A stretch of DNA of 64,000 nt, taken from NCBI GenBank assembly GCA_040954595.2, contig CM082576.2, positions 13,891,129 to 13,955,128 on the forward strand, in the 5' to 3' direction. Below are positions 1 through 14,500 of the stretch, one piece after another. Under the pieces are notes generated by a model. It did not search any database. It was not told where the DNA came from and worked only from the letters and a program-made list of their open reading frames with translations. The stretch's first letter is position 1, and each line of letters starts with the position of its first letter. A program made the position numbers and the translations under genes. The DNA is from Balanoglossus misakiensis (lineage: Eukaryota; Animalia; Hemichordata).

Positions 1-2024
1 GTCAAACGACAGTGTCGATATAATAAATAAATCAAATACGAAGAGATCATTTCTCAAGATGTCACATGTCCTTCATGGAGGACTGTCCAGAGAATAGCTG
101 CTTACAATTATGTTAAGAGTGTCTTTAAAATACATTGTAACTGCAGCAGTATTCTGTGCATGGACGTATGTCTTACCCATGCATTATCTTCATTCTGAAT
201 TAATTATGCTAAAATAAGATAGCTTTCAGTCTCAAAGGCAAATGAATCTGTTCGACTCTGTATAAAATTTGCAAAATTTGTTTGAAATCCTGTAGTTTGA
301 CAGAGAATACTTGAATCGGAAACATGCATATCAAACATTGTACTATTAATAATATTGCATTGAAAACACTGCGCTGTTCTATTTTAAAATCACAATACAT
401 GAATTTATATTTAGCCTGGGAAAATAAAATCTGAGGAAAAAATAAAAACGTGCCATTTAACATCAAAATGAGACCTGAGTTACATTTCTCTGGAATCGAC
501 TGCACTTGTCAAGCCATCAATCTGTCAAGTAATATTGGTTGTGTACGTGTGCCTCTACATGTACTTGTAGTCTTGCAAACACGTAGATATGTAATAGTTA
601 AACCATCAGCTTGACATTAATAGCCACATAGCTGTCAGACGCCGTGACTCAATATAGATACAGCACAGCGGGTTGGCATGCTCAGTTTTCATTAATTTTC
701 TGCCATCCACTCTGTAATTATTTCTCTGAAACATCATTCCAAATTAATGTAGTGTGGGTAGTAGAAACGGCGTTCGACAGAAACAAATTTCATGTCTGGA
801 ATTCGTGGAATTTTTTTTAGCTGTTTACTTCAGATCTCATGTGTACATAAAAATGATAATTCTAATGGGAGCATTTGTAATGACATAAACAGTAGGTATT
901 CAGCAAATCAATTAGGAATGCAGTGTGATAATGTATTTTCTATTCTGAATGGAATGGGAAAATCAATAAGATGTTAAATTAGACCCCCAAACATTCAATC
1001 ATTATTTCTAGTAACCACAGACCTTATACAATAACAGCAAGTTGTGTTTTTTTTTGCATAATAGAGAAGAAATACATGAAAGCTTAGGGCTGACAAGAAT
1101 GAAAATGATGTTTGTTAACCTGAAGTATGGGTTTCTGCACTGAATAGGATGATTTCCTTAGTCTTTTTTTCCCCTTATTCATTGGCAGTCGACACTTCAG
1201 GGAAACTGTGTGATAAAGCAATCATCCTACAAATGTACATGTATACGGATGGGAATTTCAAACTAAAGTTATGTAGAGTATGCGGTCAAGTTCAAATGAG
1301 TCACGTACAGTGGAATCTGTGATGACAATCTCTCTGATATTACAAATAGTCTTGATTGTATCAAATTAGGGTTACAGATTGATTTCTAAAAAATATTGAC
1401 TTCATTTCGTGAGAGCTAGCTAGCTCTGATACAAAGACAGGATCCGAACTATGAGTTACTGCTAGATATACTTTAGTGGGACTACTATATCTGTATCTAT
1501 AAATTGGTTTGGCATGTTTCCAATATCAGGGTATAATGTGCCTAAATAAAATGAAGTCTATGATCTTCTGCTTCTCATACAATGCAGTATTGCAATCATA
1601 AAATGTACATAACAAAGATCAATAAGTCAAAGCTGATATTGATCTGTTGTTATGAAGTCCAATTTTGGATTGCTTCAAAATCCATTGTCTGAAGAATATG
1701 GTATGCTGACCTAACACATAGCAAATAGGCTGTGGGTTTTCCCTGTTGGGTAACTTGATTAGAGCATTGTAACAGACACTGTGTGTCACCTTAAGCAATT
1801 AATCACAGCCCCCGCTCATTATGAGTGTAATTTTCCCAGACTGAGATGACACGAACATATTTTAAGTGGGGTCATAGGTCATATTTCTTATCACAACAAA
1901 ACATGTCATCATCACATCAGGGGCTTTAAGAAAGAATAAAACAGAAGTTTGCAATAGTATTATTTTTTCTGAACTGAATATTAATCAAGATGTGGTTTGT
2001 TTTTCATTGGAGTATGACAGTGGG

Positions 2025-2151
2025 TACTGTAAAACACTTTATTTTCGCATGCGATAAATTTTCACGAAATACGCGAGAGCCAAAATAGCGTGAAAATAAA
2101 AAGTCGTATAATTTTTTTTTGAAGATAACGAAAATAAAGTGTTTTACAGTG
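2025..2151. mobile_element. MITE family A (TACTGTAAAAC...GTTTTACAGT), internally deleted copy
   Basis: Terminal inverted repeats; related to copies at 10973, 47912 and 57920. Confidence 0.75.
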
Positions 2152-2439
2152 TATAAAAGCCTGCTAATAGTGGGTGATCCAGACACCCTTCAGTCACTGC
2201 TTAAGGGATTGCCGAAGCAATTATTTTTAGAAATGCATAATGCTGTAACCATGCTAGGTTTTGAACTCACTATCTTCTGATACTGATTGTGTTACTTTTG
2301 GCACGTACCACACAAAAGTTCCTCATTGAGTCAACAATCACCTCAACACAACAAGGCAATGTATTTACAATACAGCCACTTCATGTCACTTTACTTGTAA
2401 AATAAATACAACATACGTTTGGGTTCCCTTTTGCATTAG

Positions 2440-2583
2440 GAATTTTCGTCCGGTGCACCGTTACACCAGTACAAGACACACAGACTCCTGGGTTATGACG
2501 TTCCAGACGATGAGACCAGAGCAGAGGATCTTGGGAGCATTTTAGCCGGACTCAACCAATGCTGGGAAAAACTACAATCTCAG
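2440..2583 (+). CDS. SYNE1: nesprin exon EFSSGAPLHQ...WEKLQSQ
   Basis: ttag/ ... /gtataa, 144 nt, phase 0-0; not in ORF track. Confidence 0.8.
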
Positions 2584-5500
2584 GTATAAAAACGGAAATA
2601 CATGAAACTTATCGTACAGACTCATTTTGGCCAGTGCAATGTTTGGTCCTCACAGTGAGGCTAATCTCAGTCGCAATATTTGGTCGTGTTCAGAACGATT
2701 CAAATTAAAACACCATTCAGTTTGTTTAATCCTGATTTTGCTGAAAGGTTGCAGTTTCTCATACTGTAGTCCCTGACTATGGTAACTGCAACCTAGCTTA
2801 CACTGAAGTACATCAGTGCAATATTGTAACCAAGTACAAGATGGCACCTATTCAGTATAGAGTGGCATTTCTTTCATTCACTACCAGTATCTACTTATAC
2901 TCAGTCAAAAGAGGGTTAACATTCCATTATAGTATCAAACATCACAGTGCTGTACACATTCTCACGTATGATTGTCATAGGCATCATTCCAAACATACAC
3001 ACGACTTGTCACGATGCAAACGGTCCTACCATTATCATGGTATGATACACTTCACCCCAAGGCCCCCAAGCATACAGATGATTGCCAGATACGCACACAC
3101 ACACACACTCCACACACACACATCTCATCATCACTGTGTATTGATTCTTCGCAGGTGAAAGATAAACAGGAGAGATTGGATGCGGCATTTGAGTTCCAGC
3201 AGCAATACCAGGATGCATTGCAGTCGGTCTCGCAGTGGCTAGACTCCGTCCAAGTGAAACTTTTCTCCACCGACTGGAACAAAAACACGGAAGAGCAGCT
3301 TGCTGAGCACGAAGTAAGTGATCACGTGAATCAAAATTTACCAAATACTGGGTGACTTTTATCTTATTTTATTTTGCCTGATTGCAGCCAGTGAAACTTG
3401 TTGTTTGTGATATTCAAAATGAATTTCAAACATGTTGACAAAACACCATCAAAACTGTATAAAGAGAATTTGGTCAGTGACGAACATAGATGAAAAGAAC
3501 TATAAATGTAGAGAGCAACTTGTCACAGAGGTTCAGTCAAATGACTTCATAAACATTAGGACTGTACTGGGCTGATGTAGACCAGCCATACATGTACCTG
3601 ACAATGTGGCTGTCTTGGGTCCCTGAAAACATTTCATAGCATGATTCTGGCACTTATTCTGTAGCCCATACAAACCTTTGTGTTCTCGTTCAGCGCTATG
3701 AAAACAGTGTTCCCGCTCAACATAACAGTCAAGATACCCCTTACACGAACCCTCACCCCCTGGACAATCATACACATTGCAATTTTTTTGTTCTCCTCGG
3801 CCCCAAAGAGATTCCAGTATTGCAGTTCCCACCATTCATCCTGCGTGAACGATAACTTTATTTTGTAAAAGTTCTTTCTCATCAACCGATTCCAAATCAC
3901 CTGGTGACTTGACTTGAAGCCATAAAACCTGGCCACGCGTGAAACGGCTGTATTTTTCACTCAAAACTTCCACAGGTTTACGTTTTTGTACGTCTAGCAA
4001 AAAACAACAGTGGATTCCACTTTGACCTGTCGTTGCCGCCGTTTTTGAACAACTCCCTTGTGTTCGGTAGTGGTACAGCTGCAAATGGGGTGGAGGGGTT
4101 AAATGTGTAAAATCGGCAATGGCCATTCTTCTGTTCACACAGGAACATTAGAAATGACAAAAACTTAGCAAACCTGTCCTTTTCTGTGATGGTAGACAAA
4201 AATCAATGGCGTCAATCAGACTTTCTCTCATCAGTCTGACTGACTGACTCAGATATCCTATCGTTCAGTTCAGCATGACACTGGCGTGGAGAAATGCAGT
4301 GCCTCTCATCAGATTCAAGCTAACATCACAAATTTAATCAACAAGTTGATACATGTGATAAACGGGTCGAATTTCATGCGAAGAATTTCTGATGAATCTG
4401 CGCGCGTGATATCCTAGTTATAACAGTGTAATAATGCACATAGCAAATCATAAATATTCAAAACTGTAATACCATTAGAGAGTTCTTGTTGCAAAATATG
4501 TCTGTGAATGTATCTAGCCTTCTGATAAGTGTACATGTCTGCATCATTGGATACAGCTAGTGTGATCAGACTTTGGTATGAGTCATCTTCAGCTTTAATA
4601 CTCGAAATGATCAATGACACTTACGGGTAGCCAGTAGACTGACTGATTTATATAATATAAGCTGCAGACTGAAGTTGCAGTCAACAGCAGCCTTTCAAAC
4701 GGAAACGGAATTAATTTCACTCAATTGCCTTCTGCAAGTTAATTGTATTGATACAAAGGTTGACAACCTTCATATCAATAAAATGAACCTTTTCATTTGA
4801 CAATTTACGGCAGATTTTGGAAGATAGATCACCTATGTTTATAGTTTATTCCTTTCGGATGATTATAGAAAAAAAAGTTATAGAAGAATAATCAGTAGTG
4901 TGATGTCTTATATGAAATAAATTTTCATCACTTTTTTTTCATCCAGGCGCTTTGTAGTGAAATCAAAAGCTTCCAAGACCAAATTGCATTCATGAACGAG
5001 GCATGCCAGATGATCATCGCCGAAGCCAACTCGAAGGACCGAGCGCTGATCAAGCAGACGCTGCAGGATCTCAACGACAGGCTCGCCAGTCTGGAGAACG
5101 AGGCCCAGGAGAAAGAACAGGAGTTGGTGGAAAGGAACGTACAGTACAAGTCCTATCAGGTAAAGACGAAAACAACTGGTGGAGAGATAAATGCAGTGTG
5201 GAGACCGGGTGATCCCCGGTTGTCATGTAGCCCCTATTGTAGCTCAAGTGAATCGGAAACACGGCTAATTCAATCCCACTGCTTCGGCTAATGAGACGTT
5301 ATTCAGTTTTTTTCCCTCTTACATGTATTATACTTCACGTGAATACGCGGCGTTTGGAATTCAAGACAACATCATCCAGGATCCAAAAAAAATTTTATAG
5401 AGATTTTGAAAGGTTCTGCAGGACAATGGCCCAGCAGACCACAATGTGATTTGTGTCAGCATTGAAGAATGTTTTGAAAGACTAAACAGAGAGAGAGTTG

Positions 5501-8500
5501 CGGTGTGTTTACGCACAATTCAAACCTATACAGTGAACCTCACAAAGAAACTGGGTTAACTTAATAAGACAGTTTTCGCAAATCTTGTAATTGTTTTATA
5601 ACAATGAAACCATTCAAATGGTTGTACTTGCCTCAAGCACAGAATCAGTTATATTATGATTTTTTTTAAACATTTTCTTTTTTACTACCAGGACATTGTA
5701 TGGATCAAAGAATACATGTGTCAATTTAGCAAATGTTTGTAATGTGCTCAGCCATGATTAATATTTCCTGTGAACTTCTGTCGACTCTTGATATTTACAC
5801 AAGACATGCAGGATAGAATGTAATTAGTGAAAAAGAATTTGTTAGCAATTAACACTGTCCCATTTTAAAAGTCGAAAAATGCAGCCACTGTTCTGAATTC
5901 TCATTATTACATAATTCACAGAATTGACTATCTACTAAAAGCAACCCATTGAGATCCGTTGATTAATTAGAGCCAGGAAAACAGCACATTAGAGCATGAT
6001 TTGATTAGGAAGAGGCAGTTCACTCAGCCATTCAAAATTATTTCCCTTATGCAAGCTATGAAGAGAAACATGAACAACGTCCATTGAAAAAAAGGAAATG
6101 TTGAATCATTTGATGTTTAACTCCTACTAAAAGAAATGGAAGTGAATCGTATCACATAAGCGGAGATTAGATTAATATCATCAGTTTTATTAAATGCAGT
6201 TATAGGATTTTAATAATAATTTCATGAGTCAAACATGCAGGTAGATATACATGTATCTTTGAAAAGCATTCAGAAATTGGACTCTCTGTTGCTGGTATTA
6301 CTTTGCACAGTAGATCCTATTTTATTCAAAGACTAGTATTTATCACAAATACTGTGATTCTTTACTTTAGGTAGATAACCACTGATGAGAAGATGTTATT
6401 GTGTTAGGATAAACTCAGTCCTTGAGAAGACCAGCTTGTCTTGAGACAATTTGGTCATCTTCGGCTATATGGCTTTGCCACTCAGGAAATGTTAGTTTCC
6501 TGATGATTTCAACAATTTTTCGTGTGAAGTCTCCCGTATGACAACTGTTGTTCTGATTACTTTGCTCGATGTGTCTATTTCAGGATGACATCCACCGATT
6601 CCAGACGTGGTTGCATGAGGCCAAACAAATGGTTGAAGGCGACAAAGACAGAGAGTCGGAAGGAAAGGGTTCTCTGGAAGAAAGCTGGGTATTCAACCAG
6701 GTAAGGTTGGATTTCTGCAGTAAGCTGGGGGTGCCATTTCAAGTCTGTGCGAAAGTGGGTTACTGTGGCATTTTCCACTAAGTCAAAATCAGTAAGACAG
6801 AAAAAATAAATTAAAGGGACAAAGTCTCTCTCTCGCTGCCCATTTTCCGTTAATTATGTTCGATACAAGACACCGTTTATGTAGGTATATAGTAAATCAA
6901 CGTTCGTCCACTCACAACTTCCATCCCGTATGTAGGATATGAGATTAAAAATCTCACCAAAATGAATAAATGGTAGAGACTGATTACTCATTTTGGTGAG
7001 TTTTTTCACTCTCGTATCTACCAGTGGCGTAGAATTGTGTGTGGTCTAACGTTGATTCACTATATACATTGTATCCACATGTAGAATAAAATGAACGGTG
7101 TCTTGTATCAAACATAATCAATGGAAAAAGGGCAGCGAGAGAGACTTTGTCCCTTTAAATTTACAAAGCAAAAAGAAACCCACCAATACAGCCACTTATC
7201 ACACATGCGCATATCATGCTTGGTTGACTCTACTTTTTGCCAGTAAACAGTGAAAATGGAAGCCATAGGAGAACATCCTTGGGCGAAACAAGAAAGAAAG
7301 GATGTGACTATAAAAGATACAATCTTCTCACCTTGATGCTGTAGCCTGACTTGCTATCACACTACATGTATATAAAAACATACTGTCATTTAAATCTGTA
7401 ATTGTGCCAATTAACCACTAACTGCAGAGCATTTGCAGATTGATGACAGGGCTACAAGAATAGACTAATATCACACTCTATCCACAGATCATTGTAGGAA
7501 TAATAGCGAAAACAGAAAATGATTTTCTCAGAGAACAATGCTACTCAGAAAAAAAATGTTAATGTACAAACTGCCCTTTGTGATAGAGGTTGTAATTGTT
7601 TCTGCCCTATTCCGATAAAACAAAGACTGTTCAGATCTCTCAATTGGCATGATCTCCACAATGGATTATTATTGGCCAATGATCACAATGAACTTCCAGC
7701 TGTTTTCTGGTCTTATGTAACCCAAACCAACCCATTGAACAAAGACACTACATTCAAGCTCCTGTGACTATACAAGCTGCTAATATTCAGACACTGTTAC
7801 GGAAACACTAATCATATCATAGTTCGTAGAGTTTTCTGTTCCGAGGTCGACTCATCGCTGCTTCTAACTTTGCTTCCTTTTGTTCCCAACTTTGCCTTCC
7901 TGCTTTTCATTGTAAAATCCTCCATTTCTAAAGGATCGAAGACATCAGTTCCAGGTGTAGTACCTCTTTTCATCTGCAAGTTGACATACTTCTGTTTCTT
8001 AACCCTTTCACCACTGTGGTTTGGTCCAAATCCGTTGTTTTCTATGGTAAAGTTGGACCTGTATAGAGGGAACTGGGGGTGAAGGGGTCACAAATATCAG
8101 CATGTGCCCAGACAGTTGGGTTTTCCTCTGCTGCACAATCTCGCAATTCATTAATCATCTCTTTTGATGCTTGCCTCATTTGATCACTTTTGGGTCTTCT
8201 GTACGGATCAGTGGTGTTGCATGTTTTCAATGGGCTGGGGAGAGGGGGTAAAGTTTTGAACAGTGGTTGTTTACAGTCACTGAAGCCTGCTTTAAAGTCC
8301 TCTGTGACATTTCATACACAACAAAACAAAGAGGTCAGTTCTTCTTGATCACAACCCTGTTCAGTTTTTTCCCTCTTCCAAGCTCTATCATGTCTACAGT
8401 TTTGTGATCTGTGATTTGGTTATGTGAAACTGCAGAAGCCTTTTTTCACATTGAACCAGAAATTATTTATAAATATAATAAAATTGTTTTAAGAAATTAT

Positions 8501-11500
8501 TTAGAGGTCTTAGGCCTAAAATAGAAATCTCTATTTTAGGCGTCCTCTATTGTGCTTCATTGTGCCGATTCTAACTTGAAACAGCTTTCACACAATCCTT
8601 TGTGTGACAAATTAATTCATGTAAGGCAATTCAGTGGAAGTTCTAAAGAAATGTCTAGCATGGTTACAGTGCATGTTGTGCATACCAGTAATACATAATG
8701 TAGTATCATAAGCATGAACTCAAACTAACATATGGACAAAACTCTGTCTTACATGACCTTTGACACCCCCACTTTTTTCCCTGGTTGCCGTAGAAACTGG
8801 AAGATGACATCCGGAAGCACGAAGCTCACTTGAAGGAGATCGCCGAGCGAGGACAGCACATGCTGAGCCGGGATCCCCGTCTGCAGATGTCCACCGACCT
8901 GAGTCTTCTCCGCAGCAACTGGGAGGATCTGCAGAAACAGGCCAACGTCAGGAAGAACGAACTGAGCAAAGCCAGACTTGTCCAGGAGCAGTATCAGAAG
9001 ATGATGGAGGACTATGCAGATTACCTAGATACAGCGGAAGAGAAGTTGAAGAGGAGAGACCTCACTGTGGTCGATCTGCCAGATTTACAGCAACAGCTAG
9101 ACAAATACAAAGTGAGTGATGCGATTATTCATCTTATATGTATAGTATCATTTGTTTTAGATTACAAATAATGCTCCCTTATAAACTCTGAAATAAATGT
9201 GAAAAAATGAAGATGGAGCATCCTTTAAATTTAAGTATGTACATGTATATGGATGGATGTAAGTATGCATGGTTGGTTGGCTGGATGAGTGTGTGGTAGG
9301 GTGACAGTGAGCTGATGGCTGGCTGGCTAGATTGGTGGGGGGAGAGTGGATGGATAGATGAATTGATGGTGGGTGGTTGGGTATGTACATGCACTCACTC
9401 ACGCATGCATGTATCCATGCATGTACGTGTATATGTATATAGTTTAGTATACAGCAGTTGTTTTGAAGAATTTATACCTATCATGAAAGGTAACAACTTG
9501 ACCAAATCATTCAATTTACTGACTGCGTCATGTAATTTCTGACTCTCTCACGCACACTCTCCATTTCAGGACTTCTTCTCGGACATGGAAGGTCACCGCC
9601 TAATGATAGAATCCCTGGCGGACAAGACCGACCCCATCACCAGGCAGAAATTCGCGCCCCTGCAGATGGGTCTGTACCAGCGCACCCAGCAACTGCAGGA
9701 AGAGGCCACCAGGAAGGGACAAGAACTGGAGAGACTGGCGCAAGAGTGGCAACAGTTTGAGAGGATGTACAACGATCTGAGGGGGTGGCTGGCCCACATG
9801 GAGTCGCAACTGCCCAGTGATGTCAGCGACGACAGTCTGGACACTGTGCAGCAAAACGTACACAGGTTCCAGGTAGGAGTTCTGTTCCCTATGCTAGCCT
9901 ATAGCATGCATCTTTCACAAATGACATCAGATATTGAAAGCAATGTATTTTTCAGAAAACTTACAATAGATATTATTTTTATTAACACACAAAATAATAT
10001 AAACAAGATTTGGTAGCTACCACAGTTTTTCAGGAAAAAAATAATGTAGGACTTAATTTGCACGTAACTGTTCAGGCTGCTTGTCAACCTTGGCATTATC
10101 ATATCTTTTGTGGAAAGCAGTCTCATATATAAACAAGTATCTTGATGAATTTTTGGTGTTCCTACTAAAAAGTTCAGGATAAAACAACAAAGGCTATGAT
10201 AATGTATGTAGTTAGATGTTTGACATGACATGTGGTCACCAAAGATAACTTTCCTGATGATGATTCTAAAAGAGAGACAAGTGCTAAACAAACAGATCAG
10301 TGTTTCTGTCAGGCAGACATTGGGAGTTCAGAGGTGGCTCCAAGTCTTTTATTCTGCCATTTTGTTGGGTGGCCATCAAACATCCTCAAAGTAGTGCGAT
10401 TCAGTCTGTGTGCCTCTGTAAACTTGTTGAATGAAATAGGGAGTTCCTACACATTGCTTGAATGTTGTTCTTTGTAGGCAATGAAGACATTGCTGTCCGA
10501 CAAACAGCCGTCGTTGCATCAGGTCATCGACCGGGGACAGAACCTGCTCCGGGAGGTGGGCTGTCCCAACTTGGAGGCCAGACTGGCGGATCTCGGGGAG
10601 CGCTGGCTCGAGCTGAACTCCGACGTCTCCAACAAGCTCAAGGATCTGGAGCAACTGCTCGAGGCGTGGAAGGGATTCGAGTCCGGATCCGAAGAGCTGG
10701 CAAACTGGCTCCAGAGGGCGCTGGAGGAGCTGGGCGAATGGAGCAGCCGGGAGAACATCCCGGAGAAAGGGCCCATTGCGTATCAGCTGGAGAAGTTCAT
10801 GGTGAGTGAACTGTGTTGGTACATGGTCAGGAATAATTGACTGGTATTTGGATAAATCTGAGACTACCTACATTGAAAGAATAGCAGTTGGAAATCTCAC
10901 TGAAGTGATTGTTAGTGTGATCACCAGAATGTTTCTCAACAAGTTATTGTATTACATGTATGTTGGAATAATTACTGTAGAACGGGTTATTTTCGCGAGC
11001 AATAAATTTTCACGAAATACGGGAGAGCCACAAAACGTGAAAATAAAAAATTCGAGAAGGAATGTTTTTCGGAGATAATGATGCATTGAAATACGAGAAC
11101 GCTAAAATTAATCCTCGCCTAACAGTTGCCTCTTTTGATACCGCGAAAATATCCCGTCGCGAAAATAACCCGTTTTACTGTACATAGTCACCATTGAAAA
11201 TTGTGTACATCTTTTCTTCAACAGGAATTCAGGAAAGATGTCAACAACCATGCACCAATGAAAGCCACTGTGGTCAACAACGGCAGCCAGCTGCTTCGAC
11301 TGAAGAAATCCGACACCAAACCAGTCAAAGAGAAAGTCATCTTGATTGAAAGTCAGTGGAACGAACTGACGTCTGAAATCCCAGCCGTACAAGATGAACT
11401 ACATCATCTGCAGATGGAAATGCTGCCCTCAAGGCAAGCCCTGGCCGAGTTGATGTTGTGGATGGACGGCCTCCAGAGGGCAATAGACAGAGATGACATG

Positions 11501-14500
11501 GCTGACTTCAGAAGTTCAGTGGATGTGGAGATGGACCTCAGGAAGTACAAGGTAATTACCCCCCCCCCCCCCCCCTTTTGCAGATAGCGGCACGATTAGG
11601 CTTAGCTGTCATACAGTCTTCACTAGTTATGACCTTCCATCACCTGTGTTAAGCATGAAACATTTTTGCCGAAACAGTATTAAAGTGAAGGGGTCGTCGC
11701 GCTGCGTTTGTTTGTTTGCAGTGAGGTTTAGGCTGGTATGGGAGGACATATTCTCATCAAGGGGGACACCCATGCGGCGCCACGACCCCTTCCCCTTTAA
11801 ATACAATTTTCATTCATTTTTAAATAGCAAATGAATGTAAATTTTGGTAAATTTATATGAAAGCTTTGTTTATTTGATGATGCCATTCATCAATACCATT
11901 ATTGCTTCTTGCCCAAATAAGTTTGTATGTGATTTATTTTCAGGGCTACAAACTGGACTTGCAGTCCAAACAGTTGACCGTAGAATTCATCAATCAGTCC
12001 ATCCTGCAAGTCAGCCAGGAACAGGACAGTAAACGCAGTGACAAGACAGAGTTTGCTGAGAAGCTGGGCCAGATGAACAACAAGTGGCAGTCGCTGAACA
12101 ACCAGGTCAACGAGAGGGCCAAGAACTTGGAGATTTTACTCAAAGACTGGCAGGATTACGAGAAGGCGCTCAAAGATCTCCTCAAGTGGTACGAACAGCA
12201 AGACAACAGAATCAGGCGCTACGAGGGCAAGATCGGACACGAGATGGGTGTCCATCATGCGCTGAAGGATTGCCAGGTAAAAGTGACTGAATATTTATAG
12301 CTCTGAAGTTGTAGTGAACATTTTTATTGTCCAAACATTGCAGATTAGGATGAGTGGAATGTGAAAATTAAACAAATTACACATCTACACGGGTCTTCAC
12401 TAATCATTCATTCTTACGAGTACACCATCAAATATCAGTATAAACATTACTAAGTGTTTATGCGTGAAGTAGTGAAAATACATGTACAGTTGTCTTAGAA
12501 TATGATATATGTAAAATGCATACTATTTTAGACAATTTACTGGAAATTTGATATGTAGAAATGGAAATTTTCTGTTAATTAATTACACTCAGTCTGGGGC
12601 ACGTTGAACTGTATCTCATTCCTTTAAGTCAAACTCTGTTTAGAGTTAATGTAAAGCTGTGTCCATGAACTGCTCTATGAACTTTCCTCTTAAAATATGT
12701 GCCATTGTATGACCTGAAAAGAGCGTGCAATGGTTTTATAAACATTGCTCCCACCAATATGCTCAGTGCTTTATTATTCAATTAAAAATACATTCTGTGA
12801 AAGAGCACTGACCACATGTTACATGACATCATATGGAAAAACAAGTGTAACAGGTGGCAAGTGCTGTTGACAATTTCATTTAAATATTAATAGAAGTTTA
12901 TTATTTGCATTACCCACATAAAAGCTAGGCTAATTGTAAAACGTGTTAGGGTGCATTTATGGTGAATTGACCATTTTTCATTCTAGTTCAATATTTTGTT
13001 TGTTTCTATTCCCATGTTTTGAAATTTGATGGTAATGCAATTTGTCGTGCTTCTTAAAACCAAGTGTGTGTTACCTTTGACCTTACTTTTTACAAATGGA
13101 CTCTGTGTTCGTATATGCTGATCATGTAAGCTGTATTTGAAATTGTTTGTATGTCAAACAAAGTCTATTCCTACTAAATAACTTGATCACTTAATTTTTG
13201 GGTGGAACAGAATGGAGAAGACAGGAAGCCCCACACTTTGTATTTGAAACAGCTCAATATAAAACCTCTTCAATCTATGTTTACCAGATAATCAACAGTC
13301 TGATCTAACACATCGTTTTTCTTAAAACACACAGGTTGTCGAGGAACTGGTTGAAGCCAAGAACAACGAGGTGGAGATGATCGAAAAGTCAGGATTGAAC
13401 CTGACCTCCAGATCTCAAGTTCAGAAGTCTCTGGACGAAATCCAAGAATCCAGGGAAGCACTTCTGGAGAAAGTGGCCAGGCTCGAGTCCACTTTGACCG
13501 GAATCGCGGACGTTTGGAGACAGTACAACGATGCACTGCGCAATGTCACGAGATGTCTCAGTGAAGCCGAGTACACCCTTGGAAAGTTCAGAACTATTGG
13601 TGGAAGACTGGATTCCTTCAAGTTGAGTTTATATAAAGTCAAGGTAAGCATAAGCCTCACTTTTAGATGTCAACATTTTATTTCTTAAAAGTTTTGAAGG
13701 GGTAATTATGATATGGATGATGCTATCCCAGCATACTGTCAGTCAGTGAAATTGCAAGGTGTTGCCAAAATCATGCCACCTCCTTCTGCACATTGTGTTT
13801 AGACCACAGTGTTCTTTTGGGGTATTGGCCGTAATGCAAAACTAGATTTTGCCACCAAACTTTTCCAAAGACCGGCCAAATAATTCTTTATTCATGAAGT
13901 TCTAGACTTCTTTCAGAATTATTTTTATTCAGTATTATTGACTTCATGGCCCCAAATTATTTTCTGGTGTAGAGAAGCAAACGTCAAGAAACCATAACCA
14001 TCTTAGATTATCCTCTAAAAGTGAATGTTTATCTTTTCTGAGTTAAGATCCCTTTAATAGCACTGGTACTAATTAATTGTACATCACTGTTCTTTTGTGT
14101 TCTGTATGATAATCCAATTTTCTTCCAAGCACTGTATATTTTCAAAATACTTGCACCAGCATCGACTTTTTATTTCTATTGATTTGGTGTTGTGTCTTCT
14201 CTGTTTTTTCCCATAACCTCTTTAATTTTCACAGACTGAGTCTGATGATAGCTCTGATCAGGACGTCACTGCCGACCTTGTTCCTATACTGCATGTATGT
14301 TCACATGGATGTAACACTTCTTTCGACAGTTTTTCACTTGGGATTTTAATGAAGAAGTATTCTTTACTCATACTCCCTACGTACTGTTTTAACTTTACAT
14401 TCTTTTAATTAAAAAGATGTCATGTTAATATGTGTTTAATAGCAATATGAATAACAGACAAACTTATTGGTTCATATCAGTATATGTGTAATTACATGTC

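Noticed and set aside
3740-4102. Possible larger piggyBac-like element ending ggggttaa
   Set aside because: I could not find a convincing matching left TIR or target-site duplication.
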